Virus record (IMG/VR): IMGVR_UViG_3300028025_003852
Coordinates: 8,815 to 72,814 of that record
Length of the DNA stretch: 64,000 nt
Source of the DNA: a virus
Reading direction: 5' to 3' (one strand)
This document shows, piece after piece, positions 17,409 to 26,277 of this stretch (position 1 is its first letter; the number at the start of each line of letters is the position of its first letter). The translations under genes were made by a program, and so were the position numbers. The notes under the pieces are model-generated. The model was not told where the DNA came from and did not search any database. It worked only from the letters and a program-made list of their open reading frames with translations.

Positions 17409-17962
17409 CTGGTACCCTGCCTCCCTTCGGGGAGGTGGGGCCGGGCCTCCCAAACCACCAAAACACCTATATCCCAAAATACCTTTACGATCCGATCAAA
17501 AAATACGCCTGAAAGTTATTACGAAGAATCAAAAAATACGCCTGAATAGAAAGGAGCATCAAATGGAAATACCAATTGTAATATTTGTTATTACTATAGC
17601 AATTGCTATTACTGTTATTAATGTATGGTTCAAGAGACATTAGATCTACCCCCGGTTTTTGGGGGTCCGCAGGGTATTACGAAGAATCCAAAATTATCCC
17701 TGAAAAATACAAATTATCCCTATATATATAAACAAAATACATCATTTATCCTATATATACAAACACTTATTTGGTCATATTTGGATAGCCAGATAGCCCA
17801 ATTTGGATATTTGGGGGGTATGGGATACAGGGTTTGGGGTTTGGTGGATACTAGATGTAGTGGTTTGGCATTACGATGGCCCCATATATAGGGCTATAAT
17901 TACTCAAACAAATATCAAACCAATCAATTACAGTCAGATAATAAATCAAACAGTAAGATGTA

Positions 17963-18027
17963 TGTGCATAAAATGTGGATAAAATGTGCATAAGTTGTTC
18001 ACAATATGTGCATATCCCTGTGCATAA
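17963..18027. promoter_or_regulatory. Cluster of six DnaA-box-like 9-mers (origin-like or datA-like)
   Basis: TGTGCATAA 17963, TGTGGATAA 17974, TGTGCATAA 17985, TTGTTCACA 17995, TGTGCATAT 18007, TGTGCATAA 18019. Confidence 0.65.
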
Positions 18028-18475
18028 CTTAGCATATTGGGACAAAAAAGGATTAAGAACGACCTATTTTTTACGCCTGAAAGTCTATTGTATTATCACT
18101 AGGATTGGTTTTATATATAGGTATTATGATGGCTTTGTTTTATACCCCGAAAAATTACTGAGTTACTGATCCATGTGCCCTAGGCTTATAAGCATTGATA
18201 CTTCTATAACATTTAGCATGTACTGTCATATCTGTTCTATACTTAGGCTTACGATGCTTGCGTCTATAGGTTTTAGTCTTATCGTCTTTGTGTATTAGTT
18301 GATTGCAATACCAGCACATTTATTGCTCTTTTTCTCGAAGATCAGCCAATGCTCTCTCATACCCAATCTTCATTGCCACTACTTCTTCCCTATATGGATC
18401 ACGACCAGAGTTACTTTGAGTAAATATCTTTAGTGACTCATATGCTTTTTCCATTTGTTTTGTGCTTGGTGTCAT

Positions 18476-18691
18476 TTATAGTTCCTTGATTTGTTTCAAC
18501 AATACCGCCACTTGTCGTGGCGTAAGATTACCAATCACATCATCTGTAACTGGAGACTCATAATAGATACGATCATTCTGTAGCACAGCTAATTCGTATA
18601 GTCCCTGGTCGTATCCAATGCTTGCAGTGTTACGAATAACTGAAGCACCGTAACCATTCTCAAAGTACCATCTACGTTTGTAGTCTTTCAT
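18476..18691 (-). CDS. Conserved small phage protein (FENGYGASVI family)
   Basis: NGYGASVI...GLYELAVL...DDVIGNLT motif. Confidence 0.7.
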   Translation of the reverse strand: MKDYKRRWYFENGYGASVIRNTASIGYDQGLYELAVLQNDRIYYESPVTDDVIGNLTPRQVAVLLKQIKEL

Positions 18692-18791
18692 TTTCCTATA
18701 ATTCCTAACAGTTCGTTTATTCTTTTAATCTCTGCATCACGAGCTTCAATTCTTTCAAGTTCTGCAATCATAGCTTCACATGCATCACACA

Positions 18792-18995
18792 TTAGTCCCA
18801 GCCCTTGTATGTGCTTGTGGTTTGATTGTTTTGGTTGAAGTCAACCCCATTAACAAGATCAATAACCTCTGTTGGAGAATAGTCCTTGTGTGGATACTTC
18901 TTCATCATCTCTATGACTATAAAAATGATACGTTTGCGTTCCCACAAAATACCAGCCTCGTGTCCTTCAGGATATTCGTCTTTAAACTCACTCAT
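18792..18995 (-). CDS. Hypothetical protein
   Basis: 67 aa with GGAG RBS. Confidence 0.5.
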   Translation of the reverse strand: MSEFKDEYPEGHEAGILWERKRIIFIVIEMMKKYPHKDYSPTEVIDLVNGVDFNQNNQTTSTYKGWD

Positions 18996-19151
18996 TTGCT
19001 CTCCTTATCAAGGATACGTTCATGTCTAATAAGATCAATCAAATCATTAAAGCTTGGCTTACCCTCAAAGACCCAGTCTTCTAGTAATGCCAGGATACGC
19101 TCACGTTCACGTATCTTTCCTAGTTCAATGTAGTATAGATTGTTTAGTGAT

Positions 19152-19346
19152 CTAACCATATGTTTCTCCTATGTATTTATCTATTGCTTCAAGTGTCTTC
19201 CTAGATACCCCAGGAATTTCTTGCAAGTGCTCATACAAACGTAATGCACCGTTGTACATCATAATGTTTAATGCTAATTCCATTTCATCACTTGCTGGAG
19301 CAAGGATAAATTCGTTTTCTGCCAATGGCTTGTCTGTTAATGACAT
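19152..19346 (-). CDS. Hypothetical protein
   Basis: GAAGG RBS before MSLTD. Confidence 0.5.
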   Translation of the reverse strand: MSLTDKPLAENEFILAPASDEMELALNIMMYNGALRLYEHLQEIPGVSRKTLEAIDKYIGETYG

Positions 19347-19638
19347 GTACACACACACCTTCCAAATGTAAAATCGACAGGGCATTCAATGTGGTAGCCT
19401 GTCATACACCACCCACTAGGGAGTCTTTCACTTTTTCTTGCCATAATCAATTATACAATATGCAGATGGTGTTGTCAATATGTACTGCGTGTCGCAGTTG
19501 GTGTCTCTACATACCGCCGAGCTATCGCCGTGCGAACTTGCGTGTGCTAAAATTATTATATGGTATGTAATAGATGTAAGGACAAGGTCGAAGAGTTATG
19601 GATCGATCTTTGCGAACAATGTGTTAAGGATGTACAAG

Positions 19639-19893
19639 ATGATTGACAAAGACAAGACAAACAAAATAATTGATAGCTACGCTCTTAGATTTTTAGACGA
19701 CTATGTCGGAACATACGGAGTTCTTCCAGATGCAAACCTTGTAGAGGTTTGGAGAATGGGATTCATTGATGGATGCCAAGCAGTTTCAGATGCTATTACA
19801 GGCAACAGCTTAATCAGAGCGTATGAATCAATACGAAGCAGTTGCGAAGATTGTGAGGGCCAGTGTGCGGTTTGCGATTCAAATAAAGAATAA
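19639..19893 (+). CDS. Hypothetical protein with Cys-rich tail; start uncertain
   Basis: 3' part of 137 aa ORF; AAGGA upstream. Confidence 0.4.
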   Translation: MIDKDKTNKIIDSYALRFLDDYVGTYGVLPDANLVEVWRMGFIDGCQAVSDAITGNSLIRAYESIRSSCEDCEGQCAVCDSNKE

Positions 19894-19895
19894 AG

Positions 19896-20165
19896 TTAGC
19901 TGGCTATTTTTCTAATAAGCTCTTGCTCTCTTTCGTATGTTCTTATTTTGTGACAGTTTGAACAAACTACGTCACACTTAGCAACTTCGTCCCACGCTTT
20001 GTCTGGACCGTACCTCTTGAGTACACGATAGACGTTGCCAACCTTTCTATGTCCTGGTCTGTGATCAAACTCTAATACATAGTGTGGGTAAAATACACCG
20101 CAGTCAACACAGCCAGACTCTTCTTTGTACTGCTGTAGGTCTGGAAGATACTGTGTAATTGTCAT
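19896..20165 (-). CDS. HNH-type nuclease domain protein
   Basis: C.DCG...LEFDH...KCDVVCSNCHKIRT. Confidence 0.75.
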   Translation of the reverse strand: MTITQYLPDLQQYKEESGCVDCGVFYPHYVLEFDHRPGHRKVGNVYRVLKRYGPDKAWDEVAKCDVVCSNCHKIRTYEREQELIRKIAS

Positions 20166-20215
20166 CCTACATCAATTATATCAGCATAATGTATACTTGT
20201 TATTGGAGATAAAAA

Positions 20216-20911
20216 ATGGATTATGTTTATGTATGTCGTGATGGCGACAATGAAGAGCTAAGGTATTCAATTAGATCGGTTGAAAGGAATATGCCACCTG
20301 GAAATATTTGGGTTGTCGGTGGCAAACCTGATTGGTACACAGGAAACTTTTTGCCTGTCGAACAAACAAACAAAGCATACAACAATGTTCGTGAACAGAT
20401 TAGGGTTGCGTGTTCTAATGAAGAAGTTAGCGATGACTTTGTTTTAATGAACGATGACTTTTTTGTTATTAATCCTGTAAAAGAAATACCAACGTGGTAT
20501 ACAGGAACACTAGCAGATAGAATAGTTGGCTTGCAACAGATGAGATCTCATAACTCTGGCTACCTAAGACTTTTAATAGTAACTAACAATGTAATCAAAA
20601 GAAGTGGTGTTGCAGATCCACTTGACTATGAAGTTCATGTACCAATGATTATGAATAAAGAAAAGGCTTTGGCTATTTTACGCTCAAATGCACTGTGGCG
20701 ATCATACTATGGAAACAAATACAATGTTGGAGGGATAAGGCATGACGATGTAAAAATTCATAGCAACACTCTTCTTGAGGACAGAGGCAGAAATTTGATC
20801 GACGTGTCTACTGAGCCATACATATCTGGCAGCGATTACAATTTTGATTTTTTGAAAGATGCTATATTGGATAAGTTATTTCCTGATGCATCTATTTGTG
20901 AGTCCCCCTAG
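20216..20911 (+). CDS. Stealth-like sugar-phosphotransferase/glycosyltransferase
   Basis: DYVY...EELRYSIRSVERN...SDDFVLMNDDFF matches Stealth CR1/CR2-type motifs. Confidence 0.65.
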   Translation: MDYVYVCRDGDNEELRYSIRSVERNMPPGNIWVVGGKPDWYTGNFLPVEQTNKAYNNVREQIRVACSNEEVSDDFVLMNDDFFVINPVKEIPTWYTGTLADRIVGLQQMRSHNSGYLRLLIVTNNVIKRSGVADPLDYEVHVPMIMNKEKALAILRSNALWRSYYGNKYNVGGIRHDDVKIHSNTLLEDRGRNLIDVSTEPYISGSDYNFDFLKDAILDKLFPDASICESP

Positions 20912-20974
20912 AGAGATTCGAACTCCCGACCTGTAGGGTAGAAACCTATTGCTCTTCCGCTGAGCTATAGAGGG
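20903..20974 (-). tRNA. tRNA-Arg(TCT)
   Basis: CCCTCTA/TAGGGGG acceptor, loop TTTCTAC, GTTCGAATC; no encoded CCA. Confidence 0.85.
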
Positions 20975-21010
20975 AAAATTGCTAGAGACTAATTGTCTTA
21001 GCAAAATTAT

Positions 21011-21907
21011 TTATATAGCTTGTCTAAACGTTGCATATTGTATAAATTCTTTTGCAACATTCTTGTCACAAAACTTTTCAAATCCTTCAAAGCCTGGTGC
21101 AGAGTTTACTTCACAAACCTTATATCCGTCTTTGTCAATCAAAACATCTACCCCAGCAATCTCTAAGTTCAAAACTTTTGCAGCATTTAAAGATAGATAC
21201 GAAAGCTCTTCGTCTATTTCAAAAACAGATCCAGTTCCTCCACGAGAAATGTTTGCCCTGAAGTCTCCATCAGTGCTCGACCTTTTCATTGCTCCAACTA
21301 TTTTTCCTCCAATTACTAAAACCCTAACATCTGTCCCTGGGTGTTCGCTAACATATTCTTGTATTAAAATGTTTAGGGGAGAATTAAGGCTACTAACAAA
21401 TTCCATTAACTCTTTGAGTGACTTGGCATCTTGAACTAGGTGAACGCCATTGCCATAGCTTCCACTTAAAATTTTTATAACACAGGGAAATCCAATTTGT
21501 TTTTCTACCAATGAGGCATCAACTGGAAATCTAACCAACATTGTTTTAGGCACTGGAATGTTATGCTGTGCCAAAATTTGAGTTGAATACATTTTGTCCT
21601 GTGCGGCATCAATGCTATCACTTGTATTTAAAACTGGAACATGCATTCTTTCCAAGTGTCTTAACACACTCATTGCATAGTAGCTTGTTCCACTACCAGT
21701 TCTTGGAATGACGACAGATGGAAGCTTTACTGTTTCATTGTTTAGTATAATGCTTCTTCTATCATTCCTTGTAACAATAAGATCAAAGTTGTCAACCTCT
21801 ACATGCTTTATTTCTAAATCACGAAGTGCTGCTTCTTCAAAGATACGATTAAGTTCATAGTCGTTTTTATTGTTTTTTGTAAGATACCAGATCATTCTTA
21901 TTTCCAT
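21011..21907 (-). CDS. rimK: RimK-family ATP-grasp alpha-L-glutamate ligase
   Basis: DKM..Q.L...IPVPKT, GSYGNGV, IQEYV, DVRVLVIG, FRANISRGG, EVNSAPGFEG. Confidence 0.9.
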   Translation of the reverse strand: MEIRMIWYLTKNNKNDYELNRIFEEAALRDLEIKHVEVDNFDLIVTRNDRRSIILNNETVKLPSVVIPRTGSGTSYYAMSVLRHLERMHVPVLNTSDSIDAAQDKMYSTQILAQHNIPVPKTMLVRFPVDASLVEKQIGFPCVIKILSGSYGNGVHLVQDAKSLKELMEFVSSLNSPLNILIQEYVSEHPGTDVRVLVIGGKIVGAMKRSSTDGDFRANISRGGTGSVFEIDEELSYLSLNAAKVLNLEIAGVDVLIDKDGYKVCEVNSAPGFEGFEKFCDKNVAKEFIQYATFRQAI

Positions 21908-21915
21908 TCACTGAG

Positions 21916-21989
21916 TAGGGCAGATGGGGCTTGAACCCACTATCGATACCTTATAAGAGTATTGCATTTACCAGTTATGCTACTGCCCC
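21916..21989 (-). tRNA. tRNA-Ile(TAT)
   Basis: GGGGCAG/CTGCCCT acceptor, ATACT-CTTATAA-GGTAT anticodon arm, GGTTCAAGCC. Confidence 0.85.
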
Positions 21990-22099
21990 GACTAATAACT
22001 ATTTCTTTTTTCTTGTATAGATTAGAATATTGACAACAGCATTTAACCATACCCCTACCAGTATAATAATCTCAACAATAAATATTGGATTATCTGCCA

Positions 22100-22726
22100 C
22101 TATAGTCTGATTGCCTTAGCAAATACAACACGAGATGCCATCTTCGATGCACTAATAATTGCAATAGGTGCAGAGATAGCAAGGACAACACCAGCCCACA
22201 TGCGAGGCTCAGACCAGTCCCATTCCCAAAAATCTAGGGTGTGGAATGCATTTGCAAGAACAGCAATAGCTGCAAAGCCAATCATACCTACAACAGCACC
22301 CATAGTCTTTTCTGGTTTACCATCTTCATCAAGACGAGAACCAAGGACTAGATAGGCAATAAGGAATAGCAGATACATTAGCTCAACAAAGAAGAAGAAC
22401 AATGCTGCCATCCATTCTGCTGACAGTCCTACAAATGCTGCAACAGATGTAATACCATTAAAAGAAACAATTGCAGATGAAACAAATGCAATACCAATTC
22501 CTGTTATCCATGTCCACAAAACAATACGTTGGTCGATCTGGATTTTAGGTGCTCGTTTAGCTTCCTGGTTTGCATACAGTTCGGCACGACGACGCTTAGT
22601 GTTACCAGTTAAACGACTCCTGGAGACTCGCTTTGCCTTTGGATTTTCTTCTGCTGTTGGGACCACAATCTCTACCCTTGGAGGAACCTCATCAAAGTAT
22701 GATCGGGGATAACTATTTTCACTCAT
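22100..22726 (-). CDS. Four-TM membrane protein (DUF2637-like)
   Basis: Basic N-terminus plus four hydrophobic helices, SF and AN..H motifs. Confidence 0.55.
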   Translation of the reverse strand: MSENSYPRSYFDEVPPRVEIVVPTAEENPKAKRVSRSRLTGNTKRRRAELYANQEAKRAPKIQIDQRIVLWTWITGIGIAFVSSAIVSFNGITSVAAFVGLSAEWMAALFFFFVELMYLLFLIAYLVLGSRLDEDGKPEKTMGAVVGMIGFAAIAVLANAFHTLDFWEWDWSEPRMWAGVVLAISAPIAIISASKMASRVVFAKAIRL

Positions 22727-22748
22727 ATTTTATTTTACCATCCTATTC

Positions 22749-23438
22749 TTAAATATGTAATGCTTTAAAGCTGTTTGGAAAATGCTTTGCTACAAAGTCT
22801 TTTACAGCAAATGCATATTGTTGAATTTCTACCTGTGCATCATGCTCCATACGTTGTTCAAGGAATGTCATTACTCCTTGTAGAGATACCGTCCAACGCC
22901 AACGTACATACATTGCATACGCAGGAAGAAAAAGACGAGCAATCTCTGGTGCGACTCCCATATTAAGGGCACCACGATATAAACCTATAGACTCATAAAC
23001 AAGACGTTCTAGTCTTTTTGTCAGTATCTTGCCATCTTCATCATAAATAGGTTTGCCACTACCTTGCTTGCTATTGTCAGGCTTCCTTCGCCATTCATTT
23101 TCTGCTGGAATATAAAACTCTTCTTCCTCAGTAATGTAGCGACGTGATGATTCATTCCATCCATTCTGGTCATCGATATGACTAGATGCAACTGCATACT
23201 TCCACCACTGTCGTGCAACAAACAATGGTGCATAGACTTCAAAAGTCATAGCAGCGTGACGAAATGGTGATGTGTGGCCTTCACGAATTAGGAACTCAAG
23301 TAGTTTCTCATCTTTAGAATCAAACTGCTTGGACTCTTTGTCATATGATACACGAGCTGCATTTACAATTGACAGATCGCTACCCATAACATCTACAAGC
23401 TTTACATATCCATTATCAAGAACATCAATTTTGTCCAC
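22749..23438 (-). CDS. thyX: Flavin-dependent thymidylate synthase
   Basis: NAARVSY, GHTSPF, APLFVARQW, NESSRRY, PEIARLFLP, HDAQVEI. Confidence 0.9.
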   Translation of the reverse strand: MDKIDVLDNGYVKLVDVMGSDLSIVNAARVSYDKESKQFDSKDEKLLEFLIREGHTSPFRHAAMTFEVYAPLFVARQWWKYAVASSHIDDQNGWNESSRRYITEEEEFYIPAENEWRRKPDNSKQGSGKPIYDEDGKILTKRLERLVYESIGLYRGALNMGVAPEIARLFLPAYAMYVRWRWTVSLQGVMTFLEQRMEHDAQVEIQQYAFAVKDFVAKHFPNSFKALHI

Positions 23439-23733
23439 GTTCAATTGCCTCCAATTCAGCAATCTTCTTATTCGAATACTCTTCGTCAATAATCATATAG
23501 TAATCTCCATACTTTTTATTTTGACGAATATAGAATCCAGCAAGGTCAGCACAGATGCCTCCCCACCAACGCTTAAAAGGATTCCTGGTTCGCTTAATGC
23601 GAACGGTATCGTAGCCAAACTCATACTCAGTATCATAAACCTCACCAGTCATTTGAGCAGCAAGATCTATAAGTTCCTCATCAGTATAAGGAATAGAGTA
23701 TGTGGCATTGCTATTATCAATAAGCCTTACCAT
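23425..23733 (-). CDS. Hypothetical protein
   Basis: 102 aa coupled ORF. Confidence 0.55.
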   Translation of the reverse strand: MVRLIDNSNATYSIPYTDEELIDLAAQMTGEVYDTEYEFGYDTVRIKRTRNPFKRWWGGICADLAGFYIRQNKKYGDYYMIIDEEYSNKKIAELEAIERGQN

Positions 23734-23954
23734 TATTGCACCTTCTTTAGTGAGATTTGTGGGACATGGTCTTCGTCTTCTCGTGTAGAAAAGTTGTCAT
23801 ATGCCACACCAAATAGTTCTCCATCAACCTCAACAATAATGTTGTTTTCTTTTAGAACAGAGAGAAGCTTAGCTCTCTCCTCTACAATGACCTTTGACAA
23901 AAAGTCTTCTACGTTGATGTGGTAATGGTTCTCAACCTTGATTGGATTTTCCAT
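23733..23954 (-). CDS. Hypothetical protein
   Basis: AAGGAG RBS, TATAAT upstream. Confidence 0.6.
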   Translation of the reverse strand: MENPIKVENHYHINVEDFLSKVIVEERAKLLSVLKENNIIVEVDGELFGVAYDNFSTREDEDHVPQISLKKVQ

Positions 23955-24025
23955 CTTACTCCTTGCGTCTAATTATAAATTACAGCTATTCTATAATTTT
24001 ATAGCATATAGCACACAATGTCAAG

Positions 24026-25150
24026 TTATGAAGATCTTAGGGTGTTCATTCGGTGTGCAACAACTGTATCAGTTGGCTTACCGTCACGGTATAGTCTAAT
24101 AACTGCAGCTGGGTTATCTGGTGTTCCATTTACCGAAACATCTGTTCCTGGAACATTGTATGTACCATTACGAATTATTCTAGTAATCTTACCGCTTGCC
24201 CTACCGCCAGAAGAATTCCAGCTAACCATTGATCCAACACCAATGGCCTTAATCATAACCTTCTTAGACTTAGTGAAGTCCTTACCAAAATCAGCAAACA
24301 GTGCCTTGTCTCTCATGCGTTCTACGATTCCTCGTGACCAAGAGAATCCTGCATCTCCGCCCCATGCATCCCACATGATACGACCATTGCTAGGATTAGC
24401 AGTGTTGTTAAAATCTTTGCCCTTCTTGTCTACCTCGTGACGAGAGAAGAATGAATACATACGTCTAACTACACTGAGAGACATTGCTCTTCCTGCTACG
24501 ATATCTGATGCTCTGCCCCAGCCAACTGGAGTTCCTGCACCTGTAGCTTTACCATCCTGCTTCCACTTAAGAGCACGACGTGCAGCTGACTTCATTCCTG
24601 CTGTTGGGCTAAATGTCTCTGCTTTAAACATCATTTCCATGTCCTGATCTTCTTGGCTCATGGAGTGTCCTTGCAGTTCGTCAAGTCGTGTGGCATCCTG
24701 ATACATCATACCAATACTGTATGGTGTCTCTTCCCACATTCCATCTTCCTCTTCTTCGAAAACTCTGACAGACATTGCTGGATTTTCTGGTGGCATGGAC
24801 TGTATGGCATACTCTGTTCCTGGTTCTCCAAGAGTTCCGCCTTCCCACATTATGTGTTCGACACGTCCGTGGACCACACCTTCTGTGGTCATTCCCATTA
24901 CGTAGTCACCCTCTGTGATATCAGCTTTAGACATTTCGTTACGACGACGACCCATGCGTTCGTCCTCTTCATCGTCCATTCCAGAGTGGCCTGACTTTGC
25001 GTCAATATTGCCCTCACTAACATTGATGGCATAAATTTGATTAGCTGCTTCTTCAGCTGTATTGTGGCAACCCATTACTGTGCCATCATCTTTAACGGCT
25101 GGGTAGCCTGAGCAACCGTAAGATCCTTTAGCACCAACTTTATAAGGCAT
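24026..25150 (-). CDS. Multi-module probable head-associated protein with C-terminal Tudor/DUF2945-like domain
   Basis: Leaderless MPYK start; modules GCH..AANQI.AI, RRALKW..GTPVGWGRA..SFFSRH..AWGGDAG, VSWNSSGG..GKI. Confidence 0.6.
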   Translation of the reverse strand: MPYKVGAKGSYGCSGYPAVKDDGTVMGCHNTAEEAANQIYAINVSEGNIDAKSGHSGMDDEEDERMGRRRNEMSKADITEGDYVMGMTTEGVVHGRVEHIMWEGGTLGEPGTEYAIQSMPPENPAMSVRVFEEEEDGMWEETPYSIGMMYQDATRLDELQGHSMSQEDQDMEMMFKAETFSPTAGMKSAARRALKWKQDGKATGAGTPVGWGRASDIVAGRAMSLSVVRRMYSFFSRHEVDKKGKDFNNTANPSNGRIMWDAWGGDAGFSWSRGIVERMRDKALFADFGKDFTKSKKVMIKAIGVGSMVSWNSSGGRASGKITRIIRNGTYNVPGTDVSVNGTPDNPAAVIRLYRDGKPTDTVVAHRMNTLRSS

Positions 25151-25169
25151 ACGAATATTATACCACGAA

Positions 25170-25262
25170 AAATCCCCCACACAAGATTCTACCTGCAGGA
25201 GGCCACGGTCTTAAATAATAGGGTAACTAATCCATCCTAAGAGCGATGCCTGCGTGGGGGAC
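25170..25262 (-). ncRNA. Candidate ~90-nt small RNA
   Basis: TG-A-TATAAT promoter at 25277-25269; ends pair TCCCCCACGCAGG/CTTGTGTGGGGGA, followed by T-run. Confidence 0.55.
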
Positions 25263-25323
25263 AATTACATTATATCACTAAATATTATTATGGTAAAATT
25301 AGGGTATATAGAATTGGAGCAAC

Positions 25324-26277
25324 ATGGCAAGAATTGCCTTCTTGGGAAACTTTAGAGTTAACTATTCCACAGAGACCCATCATACAGAAACGTTAGAGTC
25401 TATGGGACACGATGTCCACAGATTGCAAGAAACTGAAGCCAACTCAGAAAAGATATACAGAGTGGCCTCTACCTGTGACTTATTCGTTTGGGTGCACACT
25501 CATGGATGGGATACCCCTGGAAGACTAGGAATGGAGCACGTACTTCAAAAACTAAAAGCTCTTGGCATACCAACAATGACATATCATTTAGATCTATGGT
25601 TTGGTCTTAAGCGTCAGGATGATCTTGAGAATGATCCGTTCTATAAAAATATTGGTCACTTCTTTGCTACAGATAAGCTAATGGCTAACTGGTTTAATGA
25701 GAATACAGAGGTCAATGGACACTTTCTTCCTGCTGCTGTCTTCGCTCCTGAATGCTATGTTCATCCAGCTTACGATGGGACTTTTGATTACGATGTTATT
25801 TTTGTTGGCAGTAGAAGATATCACCCAGAATACCCATACCGTCCTCAGCTAATAGACTTCTTGCGTAATACTTATGGCGAGAGATTCTTACATGTTGGTG
25901 GAGATGGAGATACAGGTGTTGTGAGAGGTGACGATCTTAATCGAATGTATGCTCGTAGCAAAATTGCAATTGGAGACACTCTCAATATCAACTTTACGTA
26001 TCCATACTATTCTTCAGACAGATTGTTTGAATCTACTGGTAGAGGTGGCTTCACAATCTACCCCAACATTTTTGGGTTAACAGAGTACTTTAATGATAAA
26101 GAAGAGATTGTTTTTTATGAGCATGGAGATCTTCAAGATCTTAAGACTAAGATCGATTACTATCTTGAGAATTTTTATGAACGTGAGATCATTCGCATGG
26201 CTGGATTCAAAAGAACAAAGTCTGATCACACATACACCAATAGATGGGAAACAATCATTAAGGAGCTTGGCCTATGA
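25324..26277 (+). CDS. Glycosyltransferase, CgeB/YkvP-like GT-B
   Basis: DVIFVGS, YARSKIAIG, SDRLFESTGRGGF, HTYTNRW. Confidence 0.8.
   Translation: MARIAFLGNFRVNYSTETHHTETLESMGHDVHRLQETEANSEKIYRVASTCDLFVWVHTHGWDTPGRLGMEHVLQKLKALGIPTMTYHLDLWFGLKRQDDLENDPFYKNIGHFFATDKLMANWFNENTEVNGHFLPAAVFAPECYVHPAYDGTFDYDVIFVGSRRYHPEYPYRPQLIDFLRNTYGERFLHVGGDGDTGVVRGDDLNRMYARSKIAIGDTLNINFTYPYYSSDRLFESTGRGGFTIYPNIFGLTEYFNDKEEIVFYEHGDLQDLKTKIDYYLENFYEREIIRMAGFKRTKSDHTYTNRWETIIKELGL

Larger units (their letters stand above)
6361..17447 (+). repeat. Dispersed GC-rich junction repeat GGGGCCGG(n)GATCCGGCC, 13 copies
   Basis: Copies near 6361, 6978, 7679, 8010, 8649, 9048, 9976, 10744, 11537, 12491, 13698, 14885, 17437; all intergenic, downstream of a gene and mostly upstream of a promoter. 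Confidence 0.85.

Noticed and set aside
6361-17447. Junction repeats as a CRISPR array or integron attC sites
   Set aside because: Spacing is hundreds to thousands of bp, repeats are degenerate, there is no consistent RYYYAAC/GTTRRRY frame, and no integrase is in the window
17371-18169. ORFs across the origin-like region
   Set aside because: Low-complexity translations of repeats; only the short RBS-bearing membrane peptide at 17563-17643 is plausible
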